Shown: piece by piece, positions 12,617-23,447 of the stretch | How the letters are laid out: each line of letters starts with the position of its first letter | Position numbering within the stretch: position 1 is the stretch's first letter | Source of the DNA: Microthrixaceae bacterium | Lineage (GTDB): Bacteria > Actinomycetota > Acidimicrobiia > Acidimicrobiales > Acidimicrobilacustridaceae | Assembly (NCBI GenBank): GCA_947455015.1 | Contig: CANGMY010000001.1 | Location: 432 to 64,431 of the forward strand | Reading direction: 5' to 3' | Length of the DNA: 64,000 bases | The notes under the pieces: model-generated | What the model saw: the letters and a program-made list of their open reading frames with translations, nothing else | What the model was told of the DNA's origin: nothing | Database searches by the model: none | Made by a program: the position numbers and the translations under genes

Positions 12617-14170
12617 GTGACGACCACCGATCATTCTGATGGTCCCCAAGGGGACGGCAGTCTCGGTGGCGAAAATGTCGACGAACTCGAACTCGGCATC
12701 GAGCCGCCTGGTGGCGACGAAGTCGTCCTGCTTCCGTGGAGCCTCTTGCTTCAACGGCGAGTTGCCAACAGGGTCGAACGCAGCCCGCGCAAAGCATGGA
12801 TCATCCTTGCGGCATCGTTGCTTGGCGTCTTCACTGCGAGTTTTACGATCACGGTCCTTACCGTTTCGTTGGCCGATATTGCTCATGACCTTGGATCGAC
12901 AAAGAGCATTCTCACTTGGGCCGTTACTGGCCCAAGTCTTGCAATGGCGGTCCTCGGACCAATCGGCGGAAAGATGTCGGACCGCTACGGAGCGCGACGC
13001 GTTTACCTCATCAGCATTATCGGTGTTGCAGTGTTCTCTGCTGCAGCGATCGTTGCGTGGAACGCACCGTCGCTTATTGCCGCTCGATTACTTGGCGCGT
13101 CACTCGGCGCGGCTGCGGGGCCTGCGGCACTCTCGATGATCAACCGAAGTTTTCCACCCGAGCGTCGGGCCCAAGCGCTTGGGTATTGGTCGCTGGTTGG
13201 TGCTGGCGCACCCGTCATTGGTGTCGTCGTTGGCGGGCCACTAGTCGATTCATTCGGTTGGCGATGGATCTTCATCTTGCAAACGCCAATTGCCGTGGCC
13301 GCAATAGTGATCGGTTTCCTTGTCCTTCCACAATCTGGTCGCGGCGATCGCCATCCATTCGACATCGCGGGTTCGGTCTTGCTTGCTTTCGGAGTTGGCT
13401 CCGTTCTCGTGGCTCTCAATCGCGGACCAGAAATGGGCTGGACGCATCCACTTGTTCTTGCAGGGTTTATCGGGGGACCGTTGCTGCTGGTGTGGTTCGC
13501 ACGTGTCGAAAGCCGGATCGAACATCCTCTTCTGCCGATGCGTTACTTCCGTCGGCGGAATTTCACCTTCCCGATGATTAATCAGTTCTTCGCGAATTTC
13601 ACGTACATGGGTGGCTTCATTCTCACGCCGCTACTTCTCCACGATGTTCTCGGTTACAGCACCACGAAAACCGGATTGGTTTCGATTGCGCGACCGATCG
13701 CGTTCTCGATTGTGGGACCGATCGCTGGTTATCTCGTCATCAAATTTGGCGAGCGAACGATCGGCATGTTCGGTTCGGTTGTCCTTTTTGCGTCAATGAT
13801 GACGTTGGCAATGGTTACCGCAAGTACCGGTATGTGGTGGATCGAAGGTGCACTCGTTCTTTCCGGAATCGGAATGGGTGCATGCGCTCCGGCAATGATC
13901 GCCAGCATTGCGAACTCCGTCGATAAGCGAGATCTCGGAGTAGCGAGTGCTGCATCTCAAACGGTGAGCCAGATCGGCGTTGTGGCCGGAATGCAGCTAC
14001 TTCTCACAACGCAAACGATCAGCGCCTCGAATGGCAACGGCGTGTCGTCCTACGGTGCGGCGTATCACCTCGGCGCTGTCGCTGCGGTGATTGCGCTCAT
14101 CGCAGCATTCTTTGTGCGCCGAACACGCCATGACGATTCGCTATCGACAGAGTCGTTCGCAGCGGTTTGA
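12617..14170 (+). CDS. MFS transporter, DHA2 (14-TM) type
   Basis: GKMSDRYGARR motif A, WRWIF, FDIAG, PLLP; many TM helices. Confidence 0.9.
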   Translation: MTTTDHSDGPQGDGSLGGENVDELELGIEPPGGDEVVLLPWSLLLQRRVANRVERSPRKAWIILAASLLGVFTASFTITVLTVSLADIAHDLGSTKSILTWAVTGPSLAMAVLGPIGGKMSDRYGARRVYLISIIGVAVFSAAAIVAWNAPSLIAARLLGASLGAAAGPAALSMINRSFPPERRAQALGYWSLVGAGAPVIGVVVGGPLVDSFGWRWIFILQTPIAVAAIVIGFLVLPQSGRGDRHPFDIAGSVLLAFGVGSVLVALNRGPEMGWTHPLVLAGFIGGPLLLVWFARVESRIEHPLLPMRYFRRRNFTFPMINQFFANFTYMGGFILTPLLLHDVLGYSTTKTGLVSIARPIAFSIVGPIAGYLVIKFGERTIGMFGSVVLFASMMTLAMVTASTGMWWIEGALVLSGIGMGACAPAMIASIANSVDKRDLGVASAASQTVSQIGVVAGMQLLLTTQTISASNGNGVSSYGAAYHLGAVAAVIALIAAFFVRRTRHDDSLSTESFAAV

Positions 14171-14185
14171 ACGAACGAAATTCGA

Positions 14186-14602
14186 TCAGTCGGCGGTGAT
14201 GTCACGCAGTGCGTCGGCAAGCGCCTGAGCATTCGCGTCTGGTGCGGCAGCCGATGCCTGCATGGCCAGCATTTTTGTGAGATCGCCATCGACCTTGATG
14301 CGTCCGCCCATAAACGCCTGCATTGCTGCGGCGGCATCCTGGTCAATGAAAATCGCTCGGGCCGTCGCGTAGTCGACGGTGACGGTGAGGTCGGGGCCTT
14401 CGAGGTGGCCATCTTCGATCACGACTTCGCCTTGGGTGGTGTCGACATGACCGTGAACGTCGGCATCGAAGGGGGTGTCGGTCACGACAAGGTTCATGCG
14501 GACAGCCACTGGGGGAGCGGTGTCAGGAAGCGGCATGGTTTCCCGCAGCTCTCGTGCGGCATTCATCCAGGCGGGGCTCAGGAATGGATAGGCGGTGGCC
14601 AC
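14186..14602 (-). CDS. SCP2 sterol/lipid-binding domain protein
   Basis: FLSPAW N-terminus and AMQAFMGGRIKVDGDL; GAGGA SD before GTG 14602. Confidence 0.85.
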   Translation of the reverse strand: MATAYPFLSPAWMNAARELRETMPLPDTAPPVAVRMNLVVTDTPFDADVHGHVDTTQGEVVIEDGHLEGPDLTVTVDYATARAIFIDQDAAAAMQAFMGGRIKVDGDLTKMLAMQASAAAPDANAQALADALRDITAD

Positions 14603-14686
14603 GGTTCCTCCACAGAATCGACGTGAAGCGTTGACCCTATCCACGTCGGGAGGGGTTGGTCCGGTCGGCATCTACGATGCACACCT

Positions 14687-14989
14687 ATGTCCGCTCGTCT
14701 CACCCGCGACAACGTCGCAAAAGTTGCCGATCTCGCTCGGCTCAACCTCTCCGAAGCCGAACTTGAGCGCTACACCGAGCAACTCGGCGCCGTGCTTGAT
14801 CACGCCGAAGATGTCGCGTCGCTCGACCTCGATGGAGTTCCGCCGACTGCGCACCCGTTGCCACTGGTGAATGTTCTGCGCGACGACGTTGTCGTCGAAG
14901 GTGTCGATCGTGACGAGGTGCTTTCGCAGGCTCCTTCGGTTGAAGACCGTCGCTTCCGCGTGCCGGCCATTCTTGGTGAGGAGCCCTGA
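14687..14989 (+). CDS. gatC: Asp/Glu-tRNA amidotransferase subunit C
   Basis: [23 protein letters not shown]; first gene of gatCAB. Confidence 0.96.
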   Translation: MSARLTRDNVAKVADLARLNLSEAELERYTEQLGAVLDHAEDVASLDLDGVPPTAHPLPLVNVLRDDVVVEGVDRDEVLSQAPSVEDRRFRVPAILGEEP

Positions 14990-14990
14990 G

Positions 14991-16445
14991 ATGAGCGCCA
15001 TTCCTTCCACCGCTCTCGAAATCGCTGCTGCTGTCCGATCCGGATCATTGTCGGCTCGTGAAGTTCTCGACGATCATCTTGCGCGTATCGATGCTCAAGA
15101 CGGCGAAATCAACGCCTTCAATCTCGTGATGACCGACGAAGCTCGTGCGGCTGCGGCTGCGGTCGACGCTCGTGTTGCTGCTGGAGAAGACCCCGGCCCG
15201 TTGGCCGGTGTTCCTCTCGCGCTGAAAGACAACCTGTGCACGCGCGGAATTCCCACGACTTGTTCGAGCCGAATTCTTGAAGGATGGCGTCCGCCCTATG
15301 ACGCAACTGTTGTCCAGCGCGTGAACGCAGCCGGCGCAGTTTCGATCGGCAAAACCAACCTCGACGAATTCGCCATGGGTTCGTCAACTGAAAACTCGGC
15401 ATTCGGGCCAACTCGCAATCCGCGTGACACTGGCCGCGTGCCCGGTGGATCCTCGGGCGGTTCGGCCGCTGCTGTCGCTGCAGGCTTCGCTCCGATTTCT
15501 CTTGGTTCCGACACCGGTGGTTCCATTCGCCAGCCCGCGGCCCTTTGTGGCGTTGTTGGCGTCAAGCCCACTTACGGAATGGTGAGCCGCTACGGGCTCA
15601 TTGCATTCGCATCCTCGCTCGACCAGATCGGGCCCTTTTCCACAACCGTTGCCGATTCTGCGTTATTGCTCGAAGCCATCGCCGGACACGACGGACGCGA
15701 TTCCACATCAATCGATGCGCCGGTGCCCTCGTTGCTTGAATCTCTCGGCCAGGGCGTCGACGGACTTCGCGTTGGACTCGTTACCGAACTCATGGGCGAA
15801 GGCATTGCTCCTGATGTTGCTGCTCGTGTTCGTCAGGCCGCCGATGCGCTGACTGCAGCTGGCGCGCAAGTTGGCGAAGTGTCAGTACCTGCAGCCGCGT
15901 ATGGGTTGTCGGCGTACTACCTCATTGCTCCGGCAGAAGCATCAAGCAACCTCGCTCGTTACGACGGTGTTCGCTACGGCATGAGGGTCGACGCGCCGAC
16001 CACTGCTGAAATGAACGCAGCGACTCGTACTGCTGGTTTCGGCGAAGAGGTCAAGCGCCGCATCATGCTTGGCACGTATGCCCTCTCGGCGGGCTACTAC
16101 GACGCGTATTACGGCAAGGCACTCAAAGTTCGCACGCTCATCGTGCGCGATTTCGAAAAGGCCTACGCCGATTTCGATCTTCTGCTCACGCCGACCTCGC
16201 CGACAACAGCGTTCAAGTTCGGTGACAAAACCGCCGATCCACTGTCGATGTATCTCAACGACATCTGCACGATTCCTACGAACTTGGCTGGTCATCCGGC
16301 AATGAGTGTCCCGTTTGGCGGTGGCTCCGACGGGATGCCGGTCGGTGTTCAGTTGCTTGCGCCTGCGCTGGGCGAGTCGACCATGTTCCGTGCTGCTGCT
16401 GTTCTTGAAGCCGCTGCTCCTGCTCTTGACGAGGTGTGGTCATGA
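14991..16445 (+). CDS. gatA: Asp/Glu-tRNA amidotransferase subunit A
   Basis: [41 protein letters not shown]; start at ATG 14991. Confidence 0.97.
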   Translation: MSAIPSTALEIAAAVRSGSLSAREVLDDHLARIDAQDGEINAFNLVMTDEARAAAAAVDARVAAGEDPGPLAGVPLALKDNLCTRGIPTTCSSRILEGWRPPYDATVVQRVNAAGAVSIGKTNLDEFAMGSSTENSAFGPTRNPRDTGRVPGGSSGGSAAAVAAGFAPISLGSDTGGSIRQPAALCGVVGVKPTYGMVSRYGLIAFASSLDQIGPFSTTVADSALLLEAIAGHDGRDSTSIDAPVPSLLESLGQGVDGLRVGLVTELMGEGIAPDVAARVRQAADALTAAGAQVGEVSVPAAAYGLSAYYLIAPAEASSNLARYDGVRYGMRVDAPTTAEMNAATRTAGFGEEVKRRIMLGTYALSAGYYDAYYGKALKVRTLIVRDFEKAYADFDLLLTPTSPTTAFKFGDKTADPLSMYLNDICTIPTNLAGHPAMSVPFGGGSDGMPVGVQLLAPALGESTMFRAAAVLEAAAPALDEVWS

Positions 16446-17935
16446 CCCTCACGTACGAACCAATCGAAGGCGAGCATTTCGTCGTTGTTAGCGAAACAAC
16501 GGGCGATTCCTGGGAGATCGTTGTTGGTCTCGAAGTTCACTGCGAACTTGCCACCACAACAAAGTTGTTCTGTGGTTGTCCCAACATGTTTGGCGACGAG
16601 CCCAACACCAACGTGTGTCCGGTTTGCCTCGGACTCCCTGGCTCCTTGCCCGTGCTCAACCACAACGTCGTCGAGTTGGCGATGCGTCTCGGTCGTGCAC
16701 TTCATTGCTCGGTTGAACCGTCAGTGTTTGCTCGTAAGAACTACTTCTACCCGGATATGCCGAAGGATTATCAGGTCAGTCAGTTCGATCAGCCGATCAA
16801 TGTCGACGGTTGGCTCGATCTTCCCGATGGCACTCGCGTCGGTATCGAGCGTGCACATATCGAAGAAGACACTGGCAAGAACACCCACGCCGGCGGAAGC
16901 GGCCGCATTCACGGCGCCGACTATTCGCTCGTTGATTACAACCGTGCTGGTGTTCCTCTGGTCGAAATTGTTGGGCGCCCGCATATTCGGCACCCCGAAC
17001 AGGCCAAGACCTACATCGACGAACTGCGCGCCATCCTTCTCACCACTGGCGCATCCGACGCCAAGATGGAAGAAGGATCGCTTCGCGTCGACGCGAACGT
17101 TTCGGTTCGACGCGTTGGCGATACCGAATTGGGCACGCGTTGCGAGGTCAAGAACTTGAACTCTCTTCGTTCTCTTGGCCGGGCCATTGAATACGAAGCA
17201 CGACGTCAGGTTGACCTTCTCGAAACTGGCGAGCGCATTAAGCAAGAAACGCGCCATTGGGACGAAGGCGCGGGTCGCACCCGCGCCGGTCGTTCAAAGG
17301 AAGAGGCAGAGGACTACCGCTACTTCCAAGAACCCGACCTTGTGCCGCTTGCGCCAAGTGCGGAATGGATTGCGGCAATCGACGCTGCGATGCCGCCGCT
17401 TCCCGCAGCACGTCGCGATGCGCTAGCTCTGGCTGCAGGCGTTGCAGTTACCGAAACAAGCGTCGTCATCGCCGTGCAGCGCGATCTTGACCAACTCGCT
17501 CTTGCGACGATTGCTGCCGGAGGCGATGGAAAGCGTGTGCTCACACACGTTGAACACAACTTGTCAGGGGAAGGCGCTGTCGATCTAAACCCCGCAACCT
17601 TTGCGCAACTCGTGACGCTTGAACTGGGTGGACAACTCACAGCGACGCAGGCAAAGACCGTTCTTGCCGAGATGGTCACCTCGGGGCGTGCTCCCGATGT
17701 CATCGCGGCAGAACTTGGCTTCGAAGCCATGGATTCTTCAGAACTTGAAGGCATTGTTGACGGATTGATTGCTGAGAGCCCCGAGGAATGGGCGGACTTC
17801 TGCACCGGTGACGATAAGAAGCGCGGCAAACTTCAAGGCTTCTTTACCGGCAAGATCATGAAGGCCACCAAGGGGCAAGCTGATGGCAAAGCTGTTGCAG
17901 CGATTCTTGAATCCCGTAGGGCCGCAAGCCTCTGA
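16442..17935 (+). CDS. gatB: Asp/Glu-tRNA amidotransferase subunit B
   Basis: [50 protein letters not shown]; ATGA overlap with gatA. Confidence 0.97.
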   Translation: MTLTYEPIEGEHFVVVSETTGDSWEIVVGLEVHCELATTTKLFCGCPNMFGDEPNTNVCPVCLGLPGSLPVLNHNVVELAMRLGRALHCSVEPSVFARKNYFYPDMPKDYQVSQFDQPINVDGWLDLPDGTRVGIERAHIEEDTGKNTHAGGSGRIHGADYSLVDYNRAGVPLVEIVGRPHIRHPEQAKTYIDELRAILLTTGASDAKMEEGSLRVDANVSVRRVGDTELGTRCEVKNLNSLRSLGRAIEYEARRQVDLLETGERIKQETRHWDEGAGRTRAGRSKEEAEDYRYFQEPDLVPLAPSAEWIAAIDAAMPPLPAARRDALALAAGVAVTETSVVIAVQRDLDQLALATIAAGGDGKRVLTHVEHNLSGEGAVDLNPATFAQLVTLELGGQLTATQAKTVLAEMVTSGRAPDVIAAELGFEAMDSSELEGIVDGLIAESPEEWADFCTGDDKKRGKLQGFFTGKIMKATKGQADGKAVAAILESRRAASL

Positions 17936-18010
17936 TCGGTTCGCCCCGTTGTTTGAGGTCATTTCTTCCGTACCCTGAGAAGATCTCGAAACCCTCAAGG
18001 AGGGAATGAC

Positions 18011-18508
18011 ATGCGTGGAACAACAAAGCGCGCGGCTTTTGCGGCACTCCTGATGGCAGGACTCATGCTTGCGGTCACCGCTTGTGGAGGATCCTCAAGC
18101 ACGAGCAGCACGACGACCACTGCATCGAGCGGTGGAAGTGGTGGCGACGCGAGTAGCTGCGCCGATCTTTTCAACAAGACACAGGAACTTTCCGCAAGCA
18201 TGGAATCGTCAATGACAACTACCTCGGGAAGTTCGTCGGTCGATCTCAGTTCGATCGTGACGACGCTTGATTCGTTTACCTCGAGCGTTCCGAGCGAAAT
18301 TCGCGGCGACTGGACAACAATCGTTGCTGGAATCAAAACCTATGCCGATGCCGTCAAGGGCATCGATATGACGAACGTGACTGATCCGGCAACGCAGCAG
18401 AAGTTGATGGACGCTTCAGCGGCAATGGACGATGCGAAGTTCCTGCAAGCCACGAACAACATTGACGCGTGGACCGCAAAGAACTGCCCGAGTTACGCGA
18501 ACAAGTAA
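18011..18508 (+). CDS. Hypothetical lipoprotein (helical, Ser/Thr linker, Cys pair)
   Basis: Signal peptide with VTAC lipobox, S/T/G-rich tether, second Cys near domain start and NCP at C-terminus; GGAGG SD. Confidence 0.8.
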   Translation: MRGTTKRAAFAALLMAGLMLAVTACGGSSSTSSTTTTASSGGSGGDASSCADLFNKTQELSASMESSMTTTSGSSSVDLSSIVTTLDSFTSSVPSEIRGDWTTIVAGIKTYADAVKGIDMTNVTDPATQQKLMDASAAMDDAKFLQATNNIDAWTAKNCPSYANK

Positions 18509-18516
18509 TCGGCGGC

Positions 18517-18867
18517 TCAGTCGACGAGTGGCACGCCGTTGGCGTCGGTGAGGTAGTTCTCGTTCTTCGTGAGAATGAGGATTCCCTCGACCAGGCCCCA
18601 GAGCGAGGCGAGTCCACAGGTGAAGATTGTGAGCACGAGCTGCAGGATCGCCTTGTTCGTATACCCCAGGTAAAAGTTGTGGGCTCCGAAGCCTCCGAGG
18701 AGGATTCCGAGGAGTCCGGCGGCGACGCGGGATTTGGGTTGATAGCCGGCCGGGGCGGTGGAAACTGCTGGTGCGGCGTAGTCGCCCCACTGGGTTCCGT
18801 CCCACCAACGCTGTTGGCCACTGCCGTCGTCATACCAACCTGCGGGCTGATTCTCTTGTGTCGTCAT
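18517..18867 (-). CDS. DUF2510 + TM2 domain membrane protein
   Basis: PAGWYDD...RWWDGTQW followed by KSRVAAGLLGILLGGFGAHNFYLG; TACGGT 6 nt upstream of ATG 18867. Confidence 0.85.
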   Translation of the reverse strand: MTTQENQPAGWYDDGSGQQRWWDGTQWGDYAAPAVSTAPAGYQPKSRVAAGLLGILLGGFGAHNFYLGYTNKAILQLVLTIFTCGLASLWGLVEGILILTKNENYLTDANGVPLVD

Positions 18868-18957
18868 GGGTTGACCGTAACGACCAGCCGCTGCGATTGA
18901 TAGGGGAAATGGCCCGAGTTGCCGTCGGGGGCTCCGGGCGGCAAGACTTACGACCCT

Positions 18958-18999
18958 GTGAGCACGACGGTCCTTACCTCGCTCGTAGTACTCCGCTAG
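18958..18999 (+). CDS. Putative ilvB leader peptide MSTTVLTSLVVLR
   Basis: GTG...CTC GTA GTA CTC CGC TAG; Val/Leu cluster directly before hairpin and terminator. Confidence 0.75.
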   Translation: MSTTVLTSLVVLR

Positions 19000-19063
19000 C
19001 ACACGCCGGCTTCGTCCGTCGCGTGTGCGCCCCCGGCCTCCCACTCGGGAGGCCGTTTACGTT
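18999..19063 (+). promoter_or_regulatory. ilvBNC attenuator (hairpin plus intrinsic terminator)
   Basis: GCACACGC 18999-19006 pairs with GCGTGTGC 19021-19028; CGGCCTCCC/GGGAGGCCG stem 19034-19055 followed by TTTACGTT. Confidence 0.75.
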
Positions 19064-19119
19064 CCGCCCGTTCGAACCGGCCCGATCCCGCTGATGCCTA
19101 GGCATCGGGGAGGACAACC

Positions 19120-20850
19120 ATGAAAACCAACGGTGGTGCCGCACTCATCAAGGCTCTCGAACTCGAGGGCGTCGATGTGATCTTTGGTCTGCCCGGTGGC
19201 GCAATCCTGCCGGTCTACGACCCGATCATCGACTCGCCAATTCGCCACATTCTCGTTCGTCACGAACAGGGTGCAGGCCACATGGCCGAGGGTTACGCGC
19301 ACGCAACTGGGCGTCCCGGTGTCGCGATGGTCACCAGCGGCCCGGCCGCGACGAACATCATCACGCCGCTCGCCGATGCCTACATGGACTCTGTGCCGAT
19401 GGTTGTCATCACCGGTCAGGTCGGTACCGCAGGTATTGGTACCGACGCGTTCCAGGAAGTCGACACCGTCGGCATCACCCGTTCGGTCACCAAGCACAAC
19501 GAACTCGTGACGAACGCTGCCGACATTCCGCGCATCGTGCGCGAGGCATTCCACATCGCGACGACCGGTCGTCCGGGCCCGGTGCTCATCGACATTCCGA
19601 AAGACCTCGTCGATCCCACCAACCCGAACTCGGCGCTTGATTGGTACTGGCCCGATTCGGTCGACCTCGCCGGTTACAAACCGCGTCTCGACGGTGATCC
19701 CGCGCTCATCAAGGATGCCGCGCAACTGATCATCGCTGCAGAACGTCCCGTCATCTACGCCGGTGGCGGCATTCTCAAGGCGCGCGCTGCTGAATCCCTT
19801 CTTGCGCTTGCCGAGTTGCTCGACATCCCCGTCGTCACCACACTCATGGCGCGCGGCGCGGTTCCCGACGATCATCCGCTGTGTCTCGGTATGCCGGGTA
19901 TGCACGGCAACTACACCGCTGTCACCGCGATGCAGGAATCCGATCTGCTCATCGCCCTCGGTTCACGTTTCGACGACCGAGTCACCGGCAAGCTCGACGC
20001 ATTCGCTGCGAACGCCAAAATCATTCACGTCGACATCGATCCTGCCGAACTCGGCAAGGTCCGTCGACCCGACGTCGGCATCACTGGCGATTGTCGTTTG
20101 GTCATTAACGAACTGATCACTGCGCTGAAGCAGATCGGTGCGCCAGAAGTGCAGCCCGATCGTTCCTCTTGGAAGTCCACCATCAGCGGATGGCAAGAGA
20201 AGTACCCGCTGTCCTACGTGCAGTCCGAACCGGGCGATTTGTTGAAGCCGCAGTACGTGCTTGAACAACTTCGTGACAACACTCCCGACGACTGCATCGT
20301 TGCATCGGGCGTTGGTCAGCATCAGATGTGGACAGCGCAGTACTGGAAGTTCAACCATCCCTATACCTGGATCAACTCTGGTGGCCTCGGAACGATGGGC
20401 TTCGCTGTTCCGGCGGCAATCGGCGCCAAGGTCGGCCGTCCCGATCGCATGGTGTGGGCTGTCGACGGTGATGGTTGTTTCCAGATGACTGCTCAGGAAC
20501 TCGTTACCGCTGCGGCCGAGCGCATTCCCGTCAAGATCGCAATTCTTAACAACGCGTATCTCGGAATGGTTCGTCAGTGGCAGGAGATGTTCTACGAAGA
20601 GCGTTACAGCGAGGTCTACCTCTCGCCGGATCTTCCTGATTACAAGATGTGGGCCGAAGCCATGGGTTGTGTCGGTATGCGCGTCGAAGCTCCTGAAGAT
20701 GTTCTTCCCGCGATTCAGCGTGCGAACGAAGTTGACGACCGTCCGGTTGTCATCGACTTCCGCACTGATGCTCGCGAGAAGGTCTTCCCGATGGTGCCCG
20801 CAGGCAAGTCCAACTCCGACATCGTTGTCGGGCCGGAGGATGTCCGATGA
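19120..20850 (+). CDS. ilvB: Acetolactate synthase large subunit
   Basis: FGLPGGAILP, RHEQGAGH, TSGPAATN, GMPGMHG, GDGCFQM...NN ThDP motif. Confidence 0.97.
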   Translation: MKTNGGAALIKALELEGVDVIFGLPGGAILPVYDPIIDSPIRHILVRHEQGAGHMAEGYAHATGRPGVAMVTSGPAATNIITPLADAYMDSVPMVVITGQVGTAGIGTDAFQEVDTVGITRSVTKHNELVTNAADIPRIVREAFHIATTGRPGPVLIDIPKDLVDPTNPNSALDWYWPDSVDLAGYKPRLDGDPALIKDAAQLIIAAERPVIYAGGGILKARAAESLLALAELLDIPVVTTLMARGAVPDDHPLCLGMPGMHGNYTAVTAMQESDLLIALGSRFDDRVTGKLDAFAANAKIIHVDIDPAELGKVRRPDVGITGDCRLVINELITALKQIGAPEVQPDRSSWKSTISGWQEKYPLSYVQSEPGDLLKPQYVLEQLRDNTPDDCIVASGVGQHQMWTAQYWKFNHPYTWINSGGLGTMGFAVPAAIGAKVGRPDRMVWAVDGDGCFQMTAQELVTAAAERIPVKIAILNNAYLGMVRQWQEMFYEERYSEVYLSPDLPDYKMWAEAMGCVGMRVEAPEDVLPAIQRANEVDDRPVVIDFRTDAREKVFPMVPAGKSNSDIVVGPEDVR

Positions 20851-21335
20851 GCCCAGCAACTCGCCATCACATTCTTTCCGTACTTGTCGAAAACAAGCCG
20901 GGTGTTCTTGCCCGCGTCTCGGGTTTGTTTGCCCGTCGCGGTTTCAACATCTTCTCGCTCGCTGTCGCGCCCACCGACGACCCCACTCGTAGTCGCATCA
21001 CGATCGTGGTCGATGTGGAATCGGCTCCGCTTGAGCAGATCACCAAGCAGCTCGACAAGCTCATCAACGTGCTGCAGATCGACGAACTCGCTCCCGTCGA
21101 TGCGGTGGAACGCGAGCTCATGATTGTCACGGTGACGGTTTCGGCTGACTCGAAGCCCGAACTGCTTTCTCTTACCGAGGAATACAGCGGTGTGGTTCTC
21201 GACGAAGGCGGAGATCGCATCACTGTTTCTCTGGGCGGAACCCCCGAGGCGCTCGATGCTTTCACCGCCCGCATGGGGGCAGCAGTGGTGGGCTACCAGC
21301 GCACCGGCCGCATCGCCCTTCCTCGCATCGTCTGA
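20847..21335 (+). CDS. ilvN: Acetolactate synthase small subunit
   Basis: LSVLVENKPGVLARVSGLFARRGFNI ACT domain; ATGA overlap with ilvB. Confidence 0.96.
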   Translation: MSPATRHHILSVLVENKPGVLARVSGLFARRGFNIFSLAVAPTDDPTRSRITIVVDVESAPLEQITKQLDKLINVLQIDELAPVDAVERELMIVTVTVSADSKPELLSLTEEYSGVVLDEGGDRITVSLGGTPEALDAFTARMGAAVVGYQRTGRIALPRIV

Positions 21336-21376
21336 TCCCTAGTCAGTTCCGGAGTTCTGGCGCCTTTTCGTCCTGA

Positions 21377-22477
<1,101 letters not shown>

Positions 22478-22568
22478 CCCTTACGGGTTGACTCTCGCCG
22501 ACGTTGTTCGGTGGCGACGGATCGATACGACGCACCATTTGGTGTGAAGTTCAGCGGGTGGAGTGCGC

Positions 22569-22596
22569 GAGGGGCCTTCGGGCCCCTCCGTCGCGT
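22569..22596 (+). terminator. Hairpin terminator between ilvC and the convergent vapC
   Basis: Perfect GAGGGGCC-TTCG-GGCCCCTC stem with cUUCGg loop; weak U-tract. Confidence 0.6.
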
Positions 22597-22620
22597 CCGG
22601 AGGGGAACGTTGCGACGACG

Positions 22621-23013
22621 TCAGATCCGGACGATGTCGAAGCCGAGCCCTTCAACGAAGCCACCGTCTTGGGTGATGACGGGAATGGCGTGGGCCATCG
22701 CTGTTGCAGCGATCCAGGAATCGTTCACGCTCATCTTCGTCTTCGTATCCCGAAGGGTGATTCGTAATTGGGCCCACGCTTCAGCGACTTCACCATCGAC
22801 TGGTAGTGGATCCAGATCTGACGCGTAGAGAAACGTAGAGAGGCGGAGTGAGCGCGCAGATGCGCTATGAGAGGTGAGCACACCGAGTCTCAGTTCGGCA
22901 ATCGTCACAATGCTTACGGCGCAAACGGTGGGGACTCGATCACTGCTGTGAGGCCGGCCAGATTCGCGCGCCACGAAATACGATGTGTCGAGGAGTCCTT
23001 GAGTTTCGGACAT
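22621..23013 (-). CDS. vapC: PIN-domain toxin (VapC family)
   Basis: LLDTS, SIVTIAEL, NDSWIAATA, ITQD acidic PIN residues; 1 nt downstream of the antitoxin. Confidence 0.9.
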   Translation of the reverse strand: MSETQGLLDTSYFVARESGRPHSSDRVPTVCAVSIVTIAELRLGVLTSHSASARSLRLSTFLYASDLDPLPVDGEVAEAWAQLRITLRDTKTKMSVNDSWIAATAMAHAIPVITQDGGFVEGLGFDIVRI

Positions 23014-23014
23014 G

Positions 23015-23278
23015 TCAGTCGAACTCGTCATTGTCGATGAGTTCATCGAACTCGCGGAGATCGTCGAGAAGGCCCCGATCAGCGAGGGGAAGGTTCTTGA
23101 GGAACTTCTCGGTGTTGACCCAACGTGGTTTGGTGCTGATTGGCTCGATGCGGGCAACGGGTCGACCATCGAGGGTGACAATGACGGTGTCGCCTTCGAG
23201 GACTCGATCCAACACTGATCGGGTTTCGTTGCGAAGTTCACGTGCGCCGACTGTGGGCGGGTCAGAGGTGAGAGCCAT
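23015..23278 (-). CDS. Phd/YefM family antitoxin
   Basis: VGARELRNET..VLDRV..GDTVIVTLDGRPVARIEP; acidic C-terminus. Confidence 0.9.
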   Translation of the reverse strand: MALTSDPPTVGARELRNETRSVLDRVLEGDTVIVTLDGRPVARIEPISTKPRWVNTEKFLKNLPLADRGLLDDLREFDELIDNDEFD

Positions 23279-23286
23279 GTCGACGT

Positions 23287-23304
23287 TGTAGCACATGTGC
23301 GACA
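23287..23304. promoter_or_regulatory. Palindromic operator of the TA operon
   Basis: TGTAGCACATGTGCGACA, an 18-bp palindrome with one mismatch, overlapping the minus-strand -10-like TACAAC just upstream of the antitoxin ATG. Confidence 0.7.
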
Positions 23305-23369
23305 TAGGGCGACAGGGGTCGAGTGGTCCTCTTTCCATCGGAAATCCCCGCCAAGCTCGAATTGTTGAG

Positions 23370-23398
23370 TTGATTGGTCGGGATTAGGCCTCTAGGGT
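23370..23398 (+). promoter_or_regulatory. Putative housekeeping-sigma promoter of metY
   Basis: TTGATT-17 nt-TAGGGT. Confidence 0.5.
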
Positions 23399-23447
23399 TT
23401 CGCTCCTGTCCGACCGGGATGTGCCGGTCGATCGATGAGGAGTGACC

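Noticed and set aside
23340-23447. Canonical SAM-I/SAM-IV riboswitch or T-box before metY
   Set aside because: Consensus elements were not found and the space is short; only the plain hairpins are reported.
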